A model generated the notes under the pieces. That model made no database searches, was not told the origin of the DNA, and was given only the letters and a program-made list of their open reading frames with translations. Both the position numbers and the translations under genes were made by a program. From NCBI GenBank assembly GCA_017625615.1, contig JAGAKP010000068.1, forward strand, positions 54,023 through 118,022: a stretch of DNA of 64,000 bases. The letters run 5' to 3'. Positions 45,385 to 54,592 of the stretch are shown here, piece by piece. The stretch is from Clostridia bacterium (GTDB lineage Bacteria; Bacillota; Clostridia; Oscillospirales; CAG-382). Positions within the stretch are counted from its first letter, which is position 1. Each line of letters opens with the position of its first letter.

Positions 45385-45398
45385 TTAGCATATGCTAA
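45385..45398. promoter_or_regulatory. perfect 14-bp palindrome TTAGCATATGCTAA; candidate metal-repressor operator
   Basis: It lies 8 nt downstream of the -10 element of the feo promoter. The TTAGC/GCTAA half-sites resemble DtxR/IdeR-type boxes more than Fur boxes. Confidence 0.4.
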
Positions 45399-45421
45399 TA
45401 ACATATTGAGGTAGGTTTCAT

Positions 45422-45637
45422 ATGAACTTAACGAACGCTATTGAGGGAAACGAATATATCATTCAGAGCATTGAAACCGATGACGAGGAGCTTAACTCCT
45501 TCCTGTTTTCGCTGGGCTGCTACAGCGGTGAGCGTATAACGGTAGTGTCCCGCCGCAAGGGAACCATGGTGGTTTCCATCAAGGACGGCAGATACAGCAT
45601 CGATAATCAGCTTGGTGAAGCTATAATCGTTGAATAA
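45422..45637 (+). CDS. feoA: FeoA-family protein
   Basis: A 71-aa SH3-like FeoA pattern located upstream of feoB. Confidence 0.85.
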   Translation: MNLTNAIEGNEYIIQSIETDDEELNSFLFSLGCYSGERITVVSRRKGTMVVSIKDGRYSIDNQLGEAIIVE

Positions 45638-45725
45638 AGAAAAGCCTTGACGGGCTGTTTTCTTTAGCCTTTGAGTTAGTCCTCGCTAACTTCCTATCAC
45701 ATCTGACCTATCGGGAGGAATAAAA

Positions 45726-48023
45726 ATGAGAATTGCTTTCGCAGGCAACCCAAACAGCGGTAAGACCACCATGTACAACGCGCTTACCGGCAGAAACGAA
45801 AAAGTCGGCAACTGGGCAGGCGTTACCGTTGACAAAAAGGAAAGCCCTATCAAAAAGAGCTTTTGCGGCGAGAACGACGTTATCGCGGTTGACCTTCCCG
45901 GTGCATATTCCATGTCGCCCTTCACTTCCGAGGAAAGCATCACCAACGCATACGTCAAAAACGAAAAGCCCGACGTTATCGTAAATATCGTGGACGCTAC
46001 CAACCTCAGCAGAAGCTTGTTCTTTACCACACAGCTTCTCGAGCTGGGCGTTCCCGTCGTGGTCGCACTCAATAAGAGGGATATCAACGAAAAAAAGGAA
46101 ACCATAATAGACGCCGACCTTCTTTCCAAGGAGCTTGGCTGTCCCGTAGTTCTTACGGTATCCACCACCCGCGGCGATAACGGTCTTTCCGAGGTTGTAA
46201 AAGCGGCAATTTCTCTTAAGGGTAAGGAGCAGAAGGCACCCTTCCTGCAGACCGACGTTGACCTTACCGATAAAAAGAGCGTTGAGGCAGGCGACAGAAG
46301 ACGCTTTGCATACGTAAACAAGCTGGTTTCCAAGGTAGAGACCAGAAAGGTAAAGACCAAGGATAAGAATTTTCAGGATAAAATAGATTTCGTTCTCACA
46401 AGCTGGTGGGGCGGAATTCCCATATTCTGCGTGGTAATGTTCCTTGTGTTCCAGATCTCTCAGGCTTGGGTAGGTCCTTGGATCGCGGAAGGCTACGTTT
46501 TCGAAAAGGACGATTCTATCGCTATTACATATAACGGCACCGATTACGAGCTGTTTAAAGAAGATAACCCCGATACCGACGCGGACGATGAAGGCATAGT
46601 CGGCACTTGGGTGCAGGAAAGCACTTCTCTTGTATTTGCCGAGGACGGCACCGCTACTCTTATTGCCGACGGCAAGACGGTAAACGGCGAATATTCCTTT
46701 GATGAAGAGGAAGGTCTCTCGCTTACCGTAGACGGTAACGAGCTTACCGCCGCACACGAAACCAACGACATTGAGATAAAGGGTCTCGTTTCCTATATCG
46801 AAATGCTCGGCGAATGGGTCGGCGGACTTATGGAAAACGCAAATCCCCTTCTCACCTCCATTCTCGTTGACGGTATCATCGGCGGCGTAGGCGCAGTAGT
46901 TGGCTTTTTGCCTCTGGTAATGGTAATGTACTTCCTTATAGCCCTTCTTGAGGATTGCGGCTATATGGCGCGCGTTTCCGTAGTGCTTGACCCCATCTTC
47001 AAAAAGGTAGGTCTTTCCGGTAAATCCGTAATTCCCTTCGTTATCGGTACCGGCTGTGCCATTCCCGGCGTTATGGCTTGCCGTACTATCCGTAACGAGC
47101 GTGAGCGCAGAGCTACCGCAATGCTCGCACCCTTTATGCCCTGCGGCGCAAAGCTTCCCGTTATCGCCCTCTTTGCAGGCGCTTTCTTCGGCGAGGCTTC
47201 CTGGGTAGGTACTCTTATGTACTTCGTGGGAATAGTTATCATATTCTTCTCCGCACTTCTCGTAAACAAGATCACCGGCTACAAGCAGAGAAAATCCTTC
47301 TTCATTATGGAGCTGCCCGAGTACAAGGCACCTTCCGTAAAGAGAGCATTCCTTTCCATGTGTCAGCGCGGCTGGTCCTACGTGGTAAAAGCAGGTACCA
47401 TCATTCTAGTATGTAACTTTGCGGTTCAGCTTATGCAGTCCTTCAGCTGGAGCCTTACTCCCGTTGAAAACGCGGCTGATTCCATTCTCGCAACCGTTGC
47501 AACTCCCTTTGCATATATCTTCGCTCCCATCGTGGGCGTCGTTGCGTGGCAGCTTGCGGCTGCGGCTATAACCGGATTTATAGCCAAGGAAAACGTAGTA
47601 GGTACTCTTGCGGTATGCTTCGTCGGACTTGAAAATCTTATCGATACCGAAGAACTTGCCCTTATGGAGGGCGCAGGCGCAGAGGTAGCGGGAATTATGG
47701 CTATTACCAAGGTTGCGGCCCTTGCATATCTTATGTTCAACCTCTTTTCTCCTCCTTGCTTTGCCGCTATCGGCGCAATGAACTCCGAAATGAAGAGCAA
47801 AAAGTGGCTGTGGGGCGGTATCGGACTTCAGCTCGGCGTAGGCTACTCCGTAGGCTTCCTCGTATACTTCTTCGGCACCCTCTTCACCGGCGCTTCCTTC
47901 GGTCCCGTATGGATGCCCGTTCTCGGCTGGGCTGTGGTTGCGGTATTCGTAACCGTTATCACCGTGCTGATAGTAAAAGCTAACGCCAATATTAAGAAAG
48001 AGTACGCTTTAAGCGCAAAATAA
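45726..48023 (+). CDS. feoB: ferrous iron transporter FeoB
   Basis: G-domain motifs (GNPNSGKTT, DLPG, NKRD) and the membrane domain (LVDGIIGGVGAVVGFLP). Confidence 0.92.
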   Translation: MRIAFAGNPNSGKTTMYNALTGRNEKVGNWAGVTVDKKESPIKKSFCGENDVIAVDLPGAYSMSPFTSEESITNAYVKNEKPDVIVNIVDATNLSRSLFFTTQLLELGVPVVVALNKRDINEKKETIIDADLLSKELGCPVVLTVSTTRGDNGLSEVVKAAISLKGKEQKAPFLQTDVDLTDKKSVEAGDRRRFAYVNKLVSKVETRKVKTKDKNFQDKIDFVLTSWWGGIPIFCVVMFLVFQISQAWVGPWIAEGYVFEKDDSIAITYNGTDYELFKEDNPDTDADDEGIVGTWVQESTSLVFAEDGTATLIADGKTVNGEYSFDEEEGLSLTVDGNELTAAHETNDIEIKGLVSYIEMLGEWVGGLMENANPLLTSILVDGIIGGVGAVVGFLPLVMVMYFLIALLEDCGYMARVSVVLDPIFKKVGLSGKSVIPFVIGTGCAIPGVMACRTIRNERERRATAMLAPFMPCGAKLPVIALFAGAFFGEASWVGTLMYFVGIVIIFFSALLVNKITGYKQRKSFFIMELPEYKAPSVKRAFLSMCQRGWSYVVKAGTIILVCNFAVQLMQSFSWSLTPVENAADSILATVATPFAYIFAPIVGVVAWQLAAAAITGFIAKENVVGTLAVCFVGLENLIDTEELALMEGAGAEVAGIMAITKVAALAYLMFNLFSPPCFAAIGAMNSEMKSKKWLWGGIGLQLGVGYSVGFLVYFFGTLFTGASFGPVWMPVLGWAVVAVFVTVITVLIVKANANIKKEYALSAK

Positions 48024-48024
48024 T

Positions 48025-48198
48025 ATGGAAAACTATATTGCTATATGTGTTATACTCCTTATAGTGGGACTTGCCGCGTGGTACATTATACGCGCCAAGA
48101 AAAAGGGCAAAAAGTGTATCGGCTGTCCCTACGGTTGTTGCCCGTCCAAGGATAACTGCAACGGTTCCTGCAGCTGCTGCGGCGGCAACGAAAAGTAA
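48025..48198 (+). CDS. FeoB-associated Cys-rich small membrane protein
   Basis: A 57-aa ORF below the track cutoff. It has one TM segment followed by CIGCPYGCCPSKDNCNGSCSCCGG. It starts 2 nt after the feoB stop. Confidence 0.6.
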   Translation: MENYIAICVILLIVGLAAWYIIRAKKKGKKCIGCPYGCCPSKDNCNGSCSCCGGNEK

Positions 48199-48213
48199 AT
48201 AAACAAAAAACAG

Positions 48214-48248
48214 CCCTTGCTTAATGCGAAAAGCAAGGGTTGTTTTTG
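48214..48248. terminator. bidirectional rho-independent terminator
   Basis: Stem CCCTTGCTT/AAGCAAGGG is flanked by an A-run upstream and TTGTTTTTGG downstream. Confidence 0.7.
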
Positions 48249-48262
48249 GTTAAAGGCGTTTA

Positions 48263-48949
48263 TTAATCGAGACCGATAACGGTATCTATGGGAATGGATA
48301 ATACCATACCCTGAGCTTCACTGCTCATACCGCATTTTTCGCTTATGGCGTTCATAATATCGAGCTTGCTCTTGTTGTCGGCTACGATGACCACCATATC
48401 CTTTTCCTCTTGGAAGCTGAGCCCCCAGCGGCTTGCCTCCTGCTCGTCACCTACGCGGTGGGAATGTATTACCGTGCCGCCGCCTGCGCCCGCAGTGCGT
48501 GCCGCATCCATAACCTCCTGACTAAAGCCGTGGTTTACGGTGGCTACTATAAGAGAATGTGTGGTTGCCATAGGTGCTTCATCCTTTCCGTCGGTGATAA
48601 GGGGGGATTGTAATTTATCCATAATATGTATAAGCAGTGCGCTTGCTCCCGTAAGGGGCAGGGTAAAGGCAATACCGCTGTCCACCGCGCCGAGCTTAAG
48701 CTGCTTTTTGAAAACCTTAAGTATTTCCTCTGCGTTTTCCTTGTGGAGCGCCGTTACGAGTATGGCCTTATCGGGGCTTCCCAGACCGAGAATGTCCGTC
48801 ATTTCGTTGGGCGCCGTGCCAAGACCGCTTATACGGTACACCGTGGGGATATCCCGCTGACGGCATATCTCCGCGGCTTTATCTGCTTTTTTCGGTGAGG
48901 TTATAAGCACTCCTATACGCAGGGATGCTTTTCTTTTTTCGGAGCTCAT
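48263..48949 (-). CDS. tandem P-II-like domain protein
   Basis: There are two repeats of a P-II-like fold pattern. The second, LIVATVNHGFSQEVMDAARTAGAGGGTVIHSHRVG, is the clearest. It lies immediately downstream of the DUF1538 gene. Confidence 0.6.
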   Translation of the reverse strand: MSSEKRKASLRIGVLITSPKKADKAAEICRQRDIPTVYRISGLGTAPNEMTDILGLGSPDKAILVTALHKENAEEILKVFKKQLKLGAVDSGIAFTLPLTGASALLIHIMDKLQSPLITDGKDEAPMATTHSLIVATVNHGFSQEVMDAARTAGAGGGTVIHSHRVGDEQEASRWGLSFQEEKDMVVIVADNKSKLDIMNAISEKCGMSSEAQGMVLSIPIDTVIGLD

Positions 48950-48950
48950 A

Positions 48951-50405
48951 TTAAAATTCCTCCTCGATTTCGATGATCATATCGCTGTCGTCGGGAATTA
49001 CGTATTCCTGTGCGTCTGCCTTGTGCTGCTTGTTGAGCTTGATGCGGTAAGCGATACCCATTATCTGTATTGCGATAAGGGGAGTAAGGGCTACCAACGC
49101 AACCACTCCGAATGCGTCCGTCATTACGTTTCCGCCCAACGCCTGACAGCATCCTATACAAAGAGGAAGCAGGAAGGTGGACGTCATGGGACCGCTGGCA
49201 ACTCCGCCGGAGTCGAAGGCGATACCAACGAATATCTTGGGCACGAAAAGGGACATTATCAGCGCGATGATATATCCGGGAATAACTATGTACTGAATGG
49301 GTATGCCCGTAAGAATACGGAGCACCGCAAGTCCGATACTCACCGCAACGCCGATAGACAAGGCGCGGTTCATTGATCTTGCGCTTATTGCGCCGTTGGT
49401 TACCGTCTGTACCTGACGGTTGAGTATCTGTATGGCAGGCTCTGCTTTAACGATAAAGTAACCGATAAGCATTCCTATTGGAACCAAAAACCACTTAATG
49501 TTTCCCGCTGCAAGCTGTTCGCCAAGCAGGCTTCCTACGGGAGCAAAGCCCACGTTAACGCCGCAAAGGAACAGAACGAGACCGATATAAGTGTATATAA
49601 AGCCGACTATAACTCTTAATTGCTGTCTTTTGTGAGCCCGCTTGCCGATAAGCTGGAACACTGCGTACACCGCTACGATGGGAAGCATGGATATAAGCAC
49701 TTCCTTGGCGTAGCGGGGAAGCTCAAGGGCAAATGCCTTTGCCACGTCCTGCATGGTAATAACCTCGGGTATCACCGTTTCGGATATGGAGGCTCCGTCG
49801 GGCTTATAGAAAAATCCCAGTATCATTACGGCAAGTATGGGACCGATGCTCGAAAGGGCAACCAGACCGAAGCTGTCGCTGGACGCGGATTTGTCACCTC
49901 GCATAGAGGACAATCCGAGACCCATCGCCATTATAAAGGGAACGGTTATGGGACCGGTGGTAACTCCGCCCGAGTCAAAGGCAACTGCAAGGAACTCCTT
50001 GGGTACGAAGAAGGAGAAAAGAAGCAAAACGCCGTAAAGTATGATAAGCAATCTTGAAAGGTCGATTCTGTGAATAATACGAAGCACCGCAAGGGCGAGA
50101 AACAGACCGACTCCGATGGCTACCGTTATTATTATGGTGAAATTGGGAATAGAGGGCACCTGCTGGGAAAGTATCTGCAGGTCAGGCTCGGCAATGGTGA
50201 TAAGCACGCCCATCACGAAGCTGATCACCGCAGCAATAACAATTTTTTTGCTTTTTGTCAGCGATGCGCCGATACTCTCGCCCAAGGGTGACATGGCGGT
50301 CTCCGCACCCAGCTGGAACATTCCCATTCCGAATATAAGCATTACCGCGCCGACGAAAAACATCGCCATGGTTCCTATTTCAAGAGGAACGAGAAACACC
50401 GTCAA
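48951..50405 (-). CDS. DUF1538-family polytopic membrane protein
   Basis: It has an internally duplicated membrane architecture. The frame stays open and family-like (KEKIKESLSAVLPITGIVLAL) for 21 further codons upstream of the TTG at 50405, up to a TAA. That stretch has no ATG, GTG or TTG. Confidence 0.75.
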   Translation of the reverse strand: MTVFLVPLEIGTMAMFFVGAVMLIFGMGMFQLGAETAMSPLGESIGASLTKSKKIVIAAVISFVMGVLITIAEPDLQILSQQVPSIPNFTIIITVAIGVGLFLALAVLRIIHRIDLSRLLIILYGVLLLFSFFVPKEFLAVAFDSGGVTTGPITVPFIMAMGLGLSSMRGDKSASSDSFGLVALSSIGPILAVMILGFFYKPDGASISETVIPEVITMQDVAKAFALELPRYAKEVLISMLPIVAVYAVFQLIGKRAHKRQQLRVIVGFIYTYIGLVLFLCGVNVGFAPVGSLLGEQLAAGNIKWFLVPIGMLIGYFIVKAEPAIQILNRQVQTVTNGAISARSMNRALSIGVAVSIGLAVLRILTGIPIQYIVIPGYIIALIMSLFVPKIFVGIAFDSGGVASGPMTSTFLLPLCIGCCQALGGNVMTDAFGVVALVALTPLIAIQIMGIAYRIKLNKQHKADAQEYVIPDDSDMIIEIEEEF

Positions 50406-50670
50406 CGCAAGAACGATACCGGTTATAGGCAGTACTGCGGAAAGAGATTCTTTTATTTTCTCTTTAGTTTAAGATTCAATTGTCTTTTTCCACCGCCTTT
50501 TTCAAAAATAAAGCTTACATATTTATTATATATGCGAAAAATGGTAAAGTCAACACCGTGTAAAAAAATTAACAACTCAAAAAAAGGGGATATAAGAGTC
50601 TTTGTTTTTGTTGATATTACCGTGAAAATGTGATATTATTAAACTAAACCAAACAAAGGATGAACGGCAT

Positions 50671-50985
50671 ATGAAGAAAGTCAGAATAACCGTAATGCGC
50701 GTTGCGCGTTACGACGATCTTATAAATAAATACGAAAACCCCATTTCCCACGCCTGCGATATGGTGGAGGGAACCGTCTTTATTGCAAACGGCTGGGAAA
50801 AGCCGTCGGGTATGTGCGACAGCGCGTGGGAAAGTATGTCCTCCTTCGTAATGGCACTTGCTCACGGCGGTAGCGATTTTTACGACGGATGGATGAAGGA
50901 TCCCCGCTCCGCAATGATATCCTGCAACGACGGCTTCCGTCCCGTCAGCTTTTATCTTGAAGCGATGGATGAGGAGGCGGAATAA
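50671..50985 (+). CDS. TIGR04076-like small protein
   Basis: 104 aa with MKKVRITVMRV...CDSAW..ISCNDGFRPVSFYLE. The family assignment is from memory. Confidence 0.6.
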   Translation: MKKVRITVMRVARYDDLINKYENPISHACDMVEGTVFIANGWEKPSGMCDSAWESMSSFVMALAHGGSDFYDGWMKDPRSAMISCNDGFRPVSFYLEAMDEEAE

Positions 50986-51479
50986 TGAAAAGAATAATGT
51001 TCGTATGCCTCGGAAATATATGCCGCTCCCCAATGGCTGAGTTCATATTCAAGGATATGGTCAAAAAAGCGGGATTGGAAAATGAATTTATCATTTCCTC
51101 CTGCGCCACGAGCACCGATGAGATCATCGGCGGTATCGGAAACCCCGTATATCCTCCCGCAAGGCGCGAGCTTGAAAAGCACGGTATTTCCTGCGCAGAC
51201 AAGCGTGCGGTGCAGTTGAAGTGGGCGGATTACGATAATTACGATCTTTTTATCGGTATGGATTCCAGCAATATCCGCAATATGCACTTAATACTCAAGG
51301 GCGATAAAAAGGACAAGATACGCCGTCTTATGGACTATACTCCGCGCAGAGGCGACGTTGCCGACCCCTATTTCACAGACCGCTTCGATATCGCCTACAG
51401 GGATATTTACGAAGGCTGTGAGGGACTTTTTAAAGCCTTGACAAAACAAAACCGCAAGTGGTATAATTCCGAGGAGTAA
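50985..51479 (+). CDS. low-molecular-weight protein-tyrosine phosphatase
   Basis: P-loop FVCLGNICRSPMAE and a DP motif. Its start overlaps the upstream stop (TAATG). Confidence 0.85.
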   Translation: MKRIMFVCLGNICRSPMAEFIFKDMVKKAGLENEFIISSCATSTDEIIGGIGNPVYPPARRELEKHGISCADKRAVQLKWADYDNYDLFIGMDSSNIRNMHLILKGDKKDKIRRLMDYTPRRGDVADPYFTDRFDIAYRDIYEGCEGLFKALTKQNRKWYNSEE

Positions 51480-51497
51480 AGGAATCGGGAGACGAAA

Positions 51498-52328
51498 ATG
51501 AACGCTAATTTGGTCTACTATTATTGTAACGTGTCTACCGCCTTGGCTGTTTTAAGGGAAAAGGAAATATGGATGACGGATATCCGCAACCTCAACGACC
51601 TTAACGAGCTTACCGGCGTTTACAATATGTTTTTCAATCTTTTGGAGGAGCACGATCAGGATAATAAAAACGCCTTGTCCGCCCTTCTTGAAATTGCCCG
51701 TCAGCCGGGCGCAATACAGCTTTACGAGCGTCCTTCCGGTGCTCACCCATATTACGTTGCCTGCTTCAGCAAAAATCAGGATTCGGTAAGCCAGTGGGTG
51801 TCCTTCGCCGACGACGGCCACGGAGTGGCTATCGGCTTTGATGAAAGCTGTCTTATGGAGGCGGCGCAGGCGGACGGTCTTGAATACCACGCCATTTCCT
51901 ACGTCCGCGAGGATGATATAAAGCAGCATATACCCGAAATATACGAATATCTCCTTAACAGCGGCTTTACCACCGGCAGAGCTATGATGGACGCAACCAT
52001 GTCCCGCATAAAGGAGATATACGAATCGGGCGCATACTACAAGACTCACCATTACAGAAGCGAAAACGAAAAGCGTATTATATACGAATATCCCCATACC
52101 GTCAAAAACCTTCCCGAGGGCTGGGCGGTAAAGGGAATAAAGGCGTATGCAAAAAAGAATATGATAAATACCTGCGTGCCTCTGGCGTTCCCGCCCTCTG
52201 CAATAAAGGCGATAATCACGGGACCCAAATACCAGAAGAACTATTACGAGCTTGAAATGGCGCTCGAGGTGCTGGGATACAAGGTATCGGATATAAATAT
52301 TCAGGAATCCACCAGCGGATACAGATAA
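51498..52328 (+). CDS. DUF2971-like protein
   Basis: The N-terminal pattern LVYYYCNVSTALAVLREKEIWMTDIRNLNDLNE is typical of DUF2971. The assignment is from memory. Confidence 0.6.
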   Translation: MNANLVYYYCNVSTALAVLREKEIWMTDIRNLNDLNELTGVYNMFFNLLEEHDQDNKNALSALLEIARQPGAIQLYERPSGAHPYYVACFSKNQDSVSQWVSFADDGHGVAIGFDESCLMEAAQADGLEYHAISYVREDDIKQHIPEIYEYLLNSGFTTGRAMMDATMSRIKEIYESGAYYKTHHYRSENEKRIIYEYPHTVKNLPEGWAVKGIKAYAKKNMINTCVPLAFPPSAIKAIITGPKYQKNYYELEMALEVLGYKVSDINIQESTSGYR

Positions 52329-52367
52329 AAAATACCCCGAGAAAACCACCCCACAAATGCAAAAATA

Positions 52368-52402
52368 AGGAACTGCCTTTTTACAGACAGTTCCTTTTTG
52401 TT
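52368..52402 (+). terminator. rho-independent terminator
   Basis: Stem AAGGAACTG/CAGTTCCTT followed by TTTGTTGTTG. Confidence 0.6.
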
Positions 52403-52430
52403 GTTGAGGTGATTGTCGGGATACTTGTTT

Positions 52431-53099
52431 CTATGCTTTCTTTTCGGAAACGAGGAATTTATATACCACAGCCGCCAAAGCGCCGCCTATGAGAGGAGCG
52501 ACTATGAATACCCATACGTTTGCCAGCGCGTCTCCGCCAACGAAAAGTGCGGGACCGAAGGAACGGGCGGGATTGACCGATGTTCCCGTGAAGGAAATGC
52601 CGAGAATGTGAACGAGGGTGAGGGAAAGACCTATAACTATACCTGCAACAGCGCCGTTATTTTCCTTGGAGGTAACGCCCAATATGGCAATAACGAAGAC
52701 AAAGGTGAGTATCACCTCGATAAGAAGGGAAAGCCAGATGTTGCCTTTGTAAAGTGCGTTTGCGCCCAGACCGCTTTCCTTGCCCACAAACGCCATAAGT
52801 ACTGCCGCACCTGCGATAGAACCCAAAAACTGTGCGATAACGTAACCTGCAAAATCCATTATATTCATTTTGCCGTTAATAAGCATCGCAACAGAAACCG
52901 CGGGATTGATATGACAGCCGGATACGTTACCTATAGAATACGCCATCGCTACGATAACAAGACCAAAAGCAAGAGCGGTAAGCAGATAACCGGTGCCGTT
53001 TTCCGCAGAACAGCCTACAACGGCTGCGGTTCCGCAGGCGAAGAATACCAGTACAAAGGTGCCGATAAACTCTGCGAGATACTTTTTGATACTGTTCAT
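52431..53099 (-). CDS. aqpZ: MIP-family aquaporin
   Basis: Two NPA boxes (HINPAVS, SVNPARS) and a six-TM pattern. Confidence 0.85.
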   Translation of the reverse strand: MNSIKKYLAEFIGTFVLVFFACGTAAVVGCSAENGTGYLLTALAFGLVIVAMAYSIGNVSGCHINPAVSVAMLINGKMNIMDFAGYVIAQFLGSIAGAAVLMAFVGKESGLGANALYKGNIWLSLLIEVILTFVFVIAILGVTSKENNGAVAGIVIGLSLTLVHILGISFTGTSVNPARSFGPALFVGGDALANVWVFIVAPLIGGALAAVVYKFLVSEKKA

Positions 53100-53296
53100 A
53101 ATTGTTCCTCCTATAATATATTAAGTATAATAAATATATAACATACGCTTTGCGGAATGTCAAGAATATGCTGTAAAAACGGGATTTTTCCATTAAAAAA
53201 TAAAAAATATCGTACAAACTCTTTCATTTTGCATATTTGTGTGTTATACTGTATTTTGAATTGTTGTAATTCCACTTTGTGAGGAGATAGATTTTT

Positions 53297-54574
53297 ATGG
53301 CAAATATAGAAACTAAATGCGTACAGGGCGGCTACACCCCCGGAAACGGTGAGCCCAGACAGATCCCCATCATCCAAAGCACCACCTTCAAATACGATAC
53401 GGGCACGGATATGGGCAAGCTGTTCGACCTTGAAGCAAGCGGATATTTTTATTCCCGTCTGCAAAACCCCACCTGCGATACCGTTGCGGCAAAGATATGC
53501 CAGCTTGAGGGCGGTACTGCGGCCATGCTTACCTCCTCGGGTCAGGCGGCGTCCTTTTTTGCCATTTTCAATATAGCTCAGGCAGGAGACCACGTGGTGT
53601 CCTCCTCCAGCATCTACGGCGGTACCTTTAATCTGTTCAACGTTACCATGCGTAAAATGGGTATCGAGTTCACCTTTATTTCTCCCGATTGCTCCGACGA
53701 GGAGCTTGAAAATGCCTTCCGTCCCAACACCAAGGCGGTTTTCGGTGAAACGGTGGCAAATCCTGCTCTCACCGTTCTGGATATAGAGCGCTTCGCAAAG
53801 GCGGCTCACGCTCACGGCTGTCCTCTTATTATTGACAACACCTTCGCAACTCCCGTAAACTGCCGTCCCTTTGAGTGGGGCGCGGATATAGTTACCCATT
53901 CCACCACCAAGTATATGGACGGTCACGGCTCTGCCGTGGGCGGTTGTATAGTTGACAGCGGCAAGTTCGATTGGACAAAGTACGCAGATAAATTCCCCGG
54001 ACTCTGCACCCCCGACGAAAGCTACCACGGCATCACTTATACCGAGCGCTTCGGAATCGAGGGCGCGTATATAACCAAAGCCACCGCACAGCTTATGCGT
54101 GACCTTGGCTCCACGCAGTCTCCCCAGTCCGCTTTTATTCTCAATCTCGGTCTCGAAAGTCTGCATCTTCGTATGAAGCAGCACTGCAAGAACGCGCAGG
54201 CGGTTGCCGAATACCTTTCCGAACACGAAAAGATATCCTGGGTAAAATACTGCGGTCTCAAGGGAGATAAGGATTACGCTCTGGCGCAGAAATATATGCC
54301 CAACGGCTCCTGCGGCGTCGTAAGCTTCGGCGTTAAGGGCGGAAAAGCCGCAGCCGAAAAGTTTATGGAGGCGCTTACCATCGCGGCAATAGAGACCCAC
54401 GTTGCAGATGCAAGAAGCTGCTGTCTACATCCCGCAAGCACCACACACCGTCAGCTTTCCGATGAGGAGCTCGTGGCGTGCGGCGTAACTCCCGACCTTA
54501 TCCGTCTTTCCTGCGGTATCGAGGGTACCGAGGATCTTATCGCGGATATCGCTCAGGCGCTTGAAAAAATATAA
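53297..54574 (+). CDS. metY: O-acetylhomoserine sulfhydrylase (PLP-dependent)
   Basis: The Cys/Met-metabolism PLP family pattern (IIQSTTFKYD.., HSTTKYMDGHG with the PLP Lys) and a length of 425 aa. Confidence 0.85.
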   Translation: MANIETKCVQGGYTPGNGEPRQIPIIQSTTFKYDTGTDMGKLFDLEASGYFYSRLQNPTCDTVAAKICQLEGGTAAMLTSSGQAASFFAIFNIAQAGDHVVSSSSIYGGTFNLFNVTMRKMGIEFTFISPDCSDEELENAFRPNTKAVFGETVANPALTVLDIERFAKAAHAHGCPLIIDNTFATPVNCRPFEWGADIVTHSTTKYMDGHGSAVGGCIVDSGKFDWTKYADKFPGLCTPDESYHGITYTERFGIEGAYITKATAQLMRDLGSTQSPQSAFILNLGLESLHLRMKQHCKNAQAVAEYLSEHEKISWVKYCGLKGDKDYALAQKYMPNGSCGVVSFGVKGGKAAAEKFMEALTIAAIETHVADARSCCLHPASTTHRQLSDEELVACGVTPDLIRLSCGIEGTEDLIADIAQALEKI

Positions 54575-54592
54575 AAAGGATAATATACTTAT

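Noticed and set aside
45708-46757. Minus-strand ORFs of 349 aa and 224 aa.
   Set aside because: They are antisense to the feoB G-domain region. The feoB assignment is unambiguous.
51552-53141. Long ORFs 51552..52349 (-) and 52413..53141 (+).
   Set aside because: They are antisense to the DUF2971-like gene and the aquaporin gene respectively. The aquaporin NPA boxes and the DUF2971-like N-terminus support the opposite strands.
53100-53296. An expected SAM riboswitch (S-box) or T-box leader upstream of metY-metA.
   Set aside because: The 197-nt region is AT-rich. It has no S-box core sequences and no T-box specifier or terminator architecture that I could recognise. Only a possible extended -10 element is present.
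53111-54400. A 429-aa minus-strand ORF.
   Set aside because: It is antisense to metY, whose PLP-enzyme identity is clear. No RBS or motif.
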